Made by a program: the position numbers and the translations under genes
Notes under the pieces: model-generated
Database searches by the model: none
Seen by the model: only the letters and a program-made list of their open reading frames with translations
What the model was told of the DNA's origin: nothing
From: an uncultured Rickettsiales bacterium
GTDB taxonomy: Bacteria; Pseudomonadota; Alphaproteobacteria; Rickettsiales; UBA8987
Length of the DNA stretch: 64,000 bases
Reading direction: 5' to 3'
NCBI GenBank assembly: GCA_964445765.1
Contig: CAYULD010000002.1
Coordinates: 296,844-360,843 of the forward strand
Part shown: in pieces, positions 59,756-64,000 of the stretch
Numbering within the stretch: position 1 is the stretch's first letter
Layout of the letters: the number at the start of each line of letters is the position of its first letter

Positions 59756-62527
59756 ATGTTTTCTAGTTTATTAAAATCTATTTTTGGCACTTCTAACGAA
59801 AGATATTTGAAATCATTATCAAATATCGTTGAGAAAATAAACTCTTTTGAGCCCGATTTGCAAATTCTTTCTGATGAACAGCTTGCTAATAAAACTATTT
59901 ACTTCAAAGAAAAACTGGCAGAAGGGCATAGCCTTGATGATATTCTGCCGGAGGTTTTTGCAGTTGTTCGTGAAACTTCCAAAAGGGTTCTAGGGCAAAG
60001 GCATTATGATGTTCAGTTAATAGGTGGCATAGTTTTACATCAAGGAAAAATTGCTGAAATGCGAACCGGTGAAGGCAAAACCCTTGTTGCAACGCTCGCA
60101 ACTTACTTAAATGCATTATCTGGTAAAGGTGTTCACATTGTAACGGTGAATGATTATCTTGCAAAGAGAGATGCAGAGTGGATGGGGAAAATCTATAGGT
60201 TTCTTGGGCTTTCTGTGGGTGTAATTATTCACGGGCAGACTGATAATGAGAAAAAACAAGCCTATAATTGCGATATAACTTATGGCACGAATAATGAATA
60301 TGGGTTTGATTATCTGCGTGATAATATGAAATTTTCACTAGATGAAATGGTGCAACGCCCTTTTAATTTCGCAATTATTGATGAAGTTGATAGTATTTTA
60401 ATTGATGAAGCAAGAACACCTTTAATAATCTCAGGCCCTGTAGAAGATAGAAGTGATTTATACCAAAAAATAAATAAATATATCCCTAAACTAGAAGAAA
60501 AAGATTTTGAAAAAGATGAAAAAAACCATTCAATAGTTTTAACTGAAGAAGGCAATAATAAATTAGAAATTTTATTCAGGGAAGATGGGATTATAAGGCA
60601 GGCTTCAACCCTATATGATGTTGAGAATTTAAGCGTTGTCCATCACGCAAACCAAGCCCTAAAAGCCCATAAATTATTCACTCGTGATAAAGATTATTTA
60701 GTTAAAGAAGGCAAAATTTTAATCATTGATGAATTTACTGGCAGGGTGCTTGAAGGTAGAAGATATTCTGACGGTTTGCATCAAGCGATTGAAGCTAAAG
60801 AAAATGTTAAAATTCAGAGTGAAAACCAAACGCTTGCTTCAATAACTTTCCAAAATTATTTTAGGTTATACCCAAAACTTGGCGGTATGACAGGCACTGC
60901 AAGCACTGAAGCGGCAGAGTTTCAAGATATTTATAATTTAGAAGTTATTGAAATTCCAACCAATAAACCTGTTGCTAGAATTGATGATGAAGATAATATT
61001 TATCGCACTGAGCAAGAAAAATTTGAAGCAATAACAAAATTAATTATTGAGGCAAATAAGAAAAATCAGCCAGTTTTAGCTGGAACAGCAAGTGTTGAAA
61101 AATCAGAGCTTCTTTCAAAGCATCTCAAAAAAGCTGGCATAAAACATTATATTCTAAATGCAAAACAGCACGAAAAAGAAGCCTATGTTATCGCACAAGC
61201 AGGCAGGCCCGCTGCGGTAATGGTTGCAACTAATATGGCAGGCAGAGGCACAGATATTCAGCTAGGTGGCAACCCAGATTTACTAATTGAAGAAAAAATT
61301 CTACAACTTAAGCAATCAGGCATTACAGATACAAAAATTTTTGAAGATGCCGCAAATAAAATCAAATCAGAAGTTGAGAGGGATAAAGAAATTGTAAAAC
61401 AAGCAGGTGGGCTTTGTGTTATAGGAACAGAAAGGCACGAAAGCAGAAGAATAGATAATCAGCTTCGTGGAAGATCTGGCAGACAGGGCGACCCTGGCTA
61501 TTCAAAGTTTTTCTTATCAGCAGAAGATGATTTAATCAGAATTTTTGGTGCAGATAAAAAAATGGATTGGGTGCTTGGTAAAATGGGAACACCGGGTGAG
61601 CCAATAGAACATCCGCTAATTACCAGAATGATGGAAAAAGCCCAAGGCAGGGTAGAAGCTAGAAACTATGAAATCCGAAAAAATCTTCTTAAATTTGATG
61701 ATGTAATGAACGAGCAACGCAAAGTTATTTATGATCAACGCATAAATATTATGCGATCAGAAAATGTTCGTGAAAAAGTTACTGAAATTATTGATGCAAG
61801 CCTTGATAAAATTGTAAGTAATTATATCCCTAAAAATTCATATAAAGAGCAATGGCAAATTGATTCTCTAAAAATTGATGTAAACAGAATTTTTGGCTTT
61901 AACCCTGATGTTTCAAAATGGTTGCAAGATGATGAAATTGATGATGAAAAAATCTTTAATTTAATTTTTGATGAGTTAGAGAATTTTATCAAAAATAGAG
62001 ATAAAGAATTTTCTCAAGAATCAATGTTTGACTTGGAAAAACGCATTATGCTATTTAGTTTAGATGAAGTTTGGAAGGAGCATCTGCACTTTTTAGATAT
62101 GCTAAGGCAGGGTATTAATTTAAGATCATACGCACAAAAAGATCCTCTTAATGAATATAAGCAAGAAGCATTTGAGGCTTTTGGCTTAATGATTGAAAGT
62201 TTTAACGAAAAGTTTTTAACAAGGCTTTTCCATATTCATATTCAAAATGATGAGGAAATTGCTGAGGAATTTAGGAGGTTGCAAGAGCAGAAAAACCAAA
62301 AAATTCACGCCACCCATATTGATCCAAATAGCAAATTTGGCTTTTCAGGCTCACAAATAAACACCAGTGAAAATGCTTCAAGACAAGCACAAATTACTAT
62401 TCGCACGCATATTAAAGCGGAAGATAGAAACCCATCTGACCCAAGCACTTGGGGTAAAGTATCAAGAAATGAACCTTGCCCTTGTGGAAGTGGCTTAAAA
62501 TATAAAAACTGCCACGGAAAAGTGTAA
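59756..62527 (+). CDS. secA: Preprotein translocase ATPase SecA
   Basis: MRTGEGKT, DEVDSILIDEARTP, TNMAGRGTDI, QLRGRSGRQGDPG, CPCGSG.KYK.CHG. Confidence 0.98.
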   Translation: MFSSLLKSIFGTSNERYLKSLSNIVEKINSFEPDLQILSDEQLANKTIYFKEKLAEGHSLDDILPEVFAVVRETSKRVLGQRHYDVQLIGGIVLHQGKIAEMRTGEGKTLVATLATYLNALSGKGVHIVTVNDYLAKRDAEWMGKIYRFLGLSVGVIIHGQTDNEKKQAYNCDITYGTNNEYGFDYLRDNMKFSLDEMVQRPFNFAIIDEVDSILIDEARTPLIISGPVEDRSDLYQKINKYIPKLEEKDFEKDEKNHSIVLTEEGNNKLEILFREDGIIRQASTLYDVENLSVVHHANQALKAHKLFTRDKDYLVKEGKILIIDEFTGRVLEGRRYSDGLHQAIEAKENVKIQSENQTLASITFQNYFRLYPKLGGMTGTASTEAAEFQDIYNLEVIEIPTNKPVARIDDEDNIYRTEQEKFEAITKLIIEANKKNQPVLAGTASVEKSELLSKHLKKAGIKHYILNAKQHEKEAYVIAQAGRPAAVMVATNMAGRGTDIQLGGNPDLLIEEKILQLKQSGITDTKIFEDAANKIKSEVERDKEIVKQAGGLCVIGTERHESRRIDNQLRGRSGRQGDPGYSKFFLSAEDDLIRIFGADKKMDWVLGKMGTPGEPIEHPLITRMMEKAQGRVEARNYEIRKNLLKFDDVMNEQRKVIYDQRINIMRSENVREKVTEIIDASLDKIVSNYIPKNSYKEQWQIDSLKIDVNRIFGFNPDVSKWLQDDEIDDEKIFNLIFDELENFIKNRDKEFSQESMFDLEKRIMLFSLDEVWKEHLHFLDMLRQGINLRSYAQKDPLNEYKQEAFEAFGLMIESFNEKFLTRLFHIHIQNDEEIAEEFRRLQEQKNQKIHATHIDPNSKFGFSGSQINTSENASRQAQITIRTHIKAEDRNPSDPSTWGKVSRNEPCPCGSGLKYKNCHGKV

Positions 62528-62556
62528 ATTGTTTTTACTGTTTGAAAAAAATTTAA

Positions 62557-63009
62557 TTAATAAGTTGTAGAAACTTGGTCTGTCCAGAAAACTTCTAGTT
62601 TTTTCATAACTGCAAAAGATGCTTCAATCTCAGCTTTACTGATGTTAAATTCAGATATCTTTTTAAGATTATCATCAAATAACTCATCAATTACTTTACA
62701 AAGCTCAACGCCTTTATCAGATAACCTAATTTTGATTGTTCTTTTATCGTGTGGTGATCTTTCTTGTAAAACATAACCTGTTTCAACAAGTTTTTTAAGA
62801 TTATATGAAACATTTGAACCTAAATAATAACCCCTATTTGTAAGCTCACCAATAGTGAGAATAGTATCACCAATATTGTAAAGAATAAGAGTTTGAACGT
62901 TGTTTATTTCTTCAATGCCTTTTCTATCAAGTTTGCTTTTAACTACATCAAGAAACCTTCTGTGAAGTCTTTCAATTGATAAAATTAGGGATAAATATTC
63001 TTGCTTCAT
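62557..63009 (-). CDS. ldtR: MarR-family regulator, LdtR-like
   Basis: ERLHRR.LDVVK, NNVQ.L.LYNIG, ELT.RGYYLGSNVSYNLKKL. Confidence 0.8.
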   Translation of the reverse strand: MKQEYLSLILSIERLHRRFLDVVKSKLDRKGIEEINNVQTLILYNIGDTILTIGELTNRGYYLGSNVSYNLKKLVETGYVLQERSPHDKRTIKIRLSDKGVELCKVIDELFDDNLKKISEFNISKAEIEASFAVMKKLEVFWTDQVSTTY

Positions 63010-63175
63010 AAATTTGCGTTTGGTTTATTAATTTTTTAAGCGTTACAAAACACACTTATTTTTTCAGCAAACTAATACTAATAAAATTCTTCTGCAACAA
63101 TAAAAATTAAAATCTAAAATATATTAACTATAAATTTAGCATTTATGATAATAATTTGGCTATATAGCAACATTA

Positions 63176-64000
63176 TTATTTAATAAACATTTCAGCTAAA
63201 TAATGGTAAAAAGGTATTCCAAAAATTAGATTAAATGGAAATGTAATACATAAGCTCATAGTTATATAATAAGCAGGGTTGGCTTGTGGCAGTGCAATTT
63301 TTAATGCCGCAGGAACTGCTATGTAAGATGCACTTGCACATAAAACGGCTAGTAAAACTGAGTTGCCAAAATCAAAACCAAAAATACTACTTATTAAAAG
63401 TGATAAGCTGGCAGATATTACAGGCATATATATTCCAAATATTACCAAAGAGGGCGTAAATGAAGATATATTTTTTAATTGCTTTGAAGAAACCAAGCCA
63501 AGCTCAAGTAAAAATAGGCATAATATACCATAAAATGGGTCAACTAAATAAGGCTTAACAACCGCTATGCCATTAGGGTTCGCAGTTATACCAATTATAA
63601 CGCCACCAACTAATAATAATATTGAGCCATTCAGGAAAACTTCTTTCAAGATTTTAGAAGAAAGTAGCCTTTCTTTTTGTTCACCAGCAAGCCTTTGGCT
63701 TCTTTTAGCTAAGATTAATGCAGATACGATAGCTGGGGATTCCATAAGGGCAGCAAGCGATAATACATAGCCATCAAAATGAATATTTTTGCTTTTCAAA
63801 AAACCCATTCCAACACTAAATGTAACCATACTAATTGAGCCATAATGTGCAGAAACCGCGGATGCATCAAGCCTAGAAAGTTTAGTGGTTTTTCTTAAGA
63901 AAAAATATGCTAAAAATGGGATAAGAAAACCCAAGCCAACGCCAACAATTAATATGGTTATAATTTCTGTGAAAGGGGTTTTACTATTATTAATTTCCAT
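63176..64000 (-). CDS. Sodium-dependent bicarbonate transporter SbtA-family permease (5' end probably outside window)
   Basis: AHYGSIS.VTF, A.MESPAI, LFLL.LG, ASASYIA.PAA, TFPFN. Confidence 0.85.
   Translation of the reverse strand: MEINNSKTPFTEIITILIVGVGLGFLIPFLAYFFLRKTTKLSRLDASAVSAHYGSISMVTFSVGMGFLKSKNIHFDGYVLSLAALMESPAIVSALILAKRSQRLAGEQKERLLSSKILKEVFLNGSILLLVGGVIIGITANPNGIAVVKPYLVDPFYGILCLFLLELGLVSSKQLKNISSFTPSLVIFGIYMPVISASLSLLISSIFGFDFGNSVLLAVLCASASYIAVPAALKIALPQANPAYYITMSLCITFPFNLIFGIPFYHYLAEMFIK

Noticed and set aside
691-63770. Many short antisense or alternative-frame ORFs in the track
   Set aside because: They lie inside well-supported genes and show no recognisable motifs
1-64000. 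CRISPR array, prophage, retron or diversity-generating retroelement
   Set aside because: No regularly spaced direct repeats and no cas, phage or reverse transcriptase genes seen

Overview
AT-rich (roughly 30% GC by eye) alphaproteobacterial chromosome segment. It is most likely from a deep-branching Rickettsiales-like organism with broad biosynthetic capacity: GyrA has a Rickettsia-style C-terminal insert, and the window encodes an ATPase zeta subunit, LdtR and DUF2336, but also trpA, hisF, aroA, pur genes and sulfate assimilation. Most of the window is shuffled housekeeping genes (aspS, recF, glyQ, dnaB, gyrA, parC, rpsF-rpsR-rplI, tkt, secA), plus a kps-type capsule locus, split cysJ/cysI genes, a porin-sbp-cysTWA cluster and two tRNA-Thr genes. 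No transposase, integrase, CRISPR array or rRNA gene was seen. Three signals stand out. (1) A family of three ~272-bp palindromic elements keeps the same multi-arm fold and loop sequences while their stems and terminal inverted repeats co-vary. (2) An unannotated structured locus has a 24-codon ORF preceded by a 15-nt complement of the 16S rRNA 3' end, although most genes here lack an SD. (3) Three tandem type IV pilin-like genes occur together, the last carrying five 6-Cys modules, three of them with knottin spacing. Also noted are CGTC/RPE-like short palindromes, heptamer repeats before start codons, two orphan secreted-effector-like enzymes and an Rrf2/CymR-like operator on a consensus promoter. 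All calls come from reading the sequence and recalled motifs; no database searches were run.
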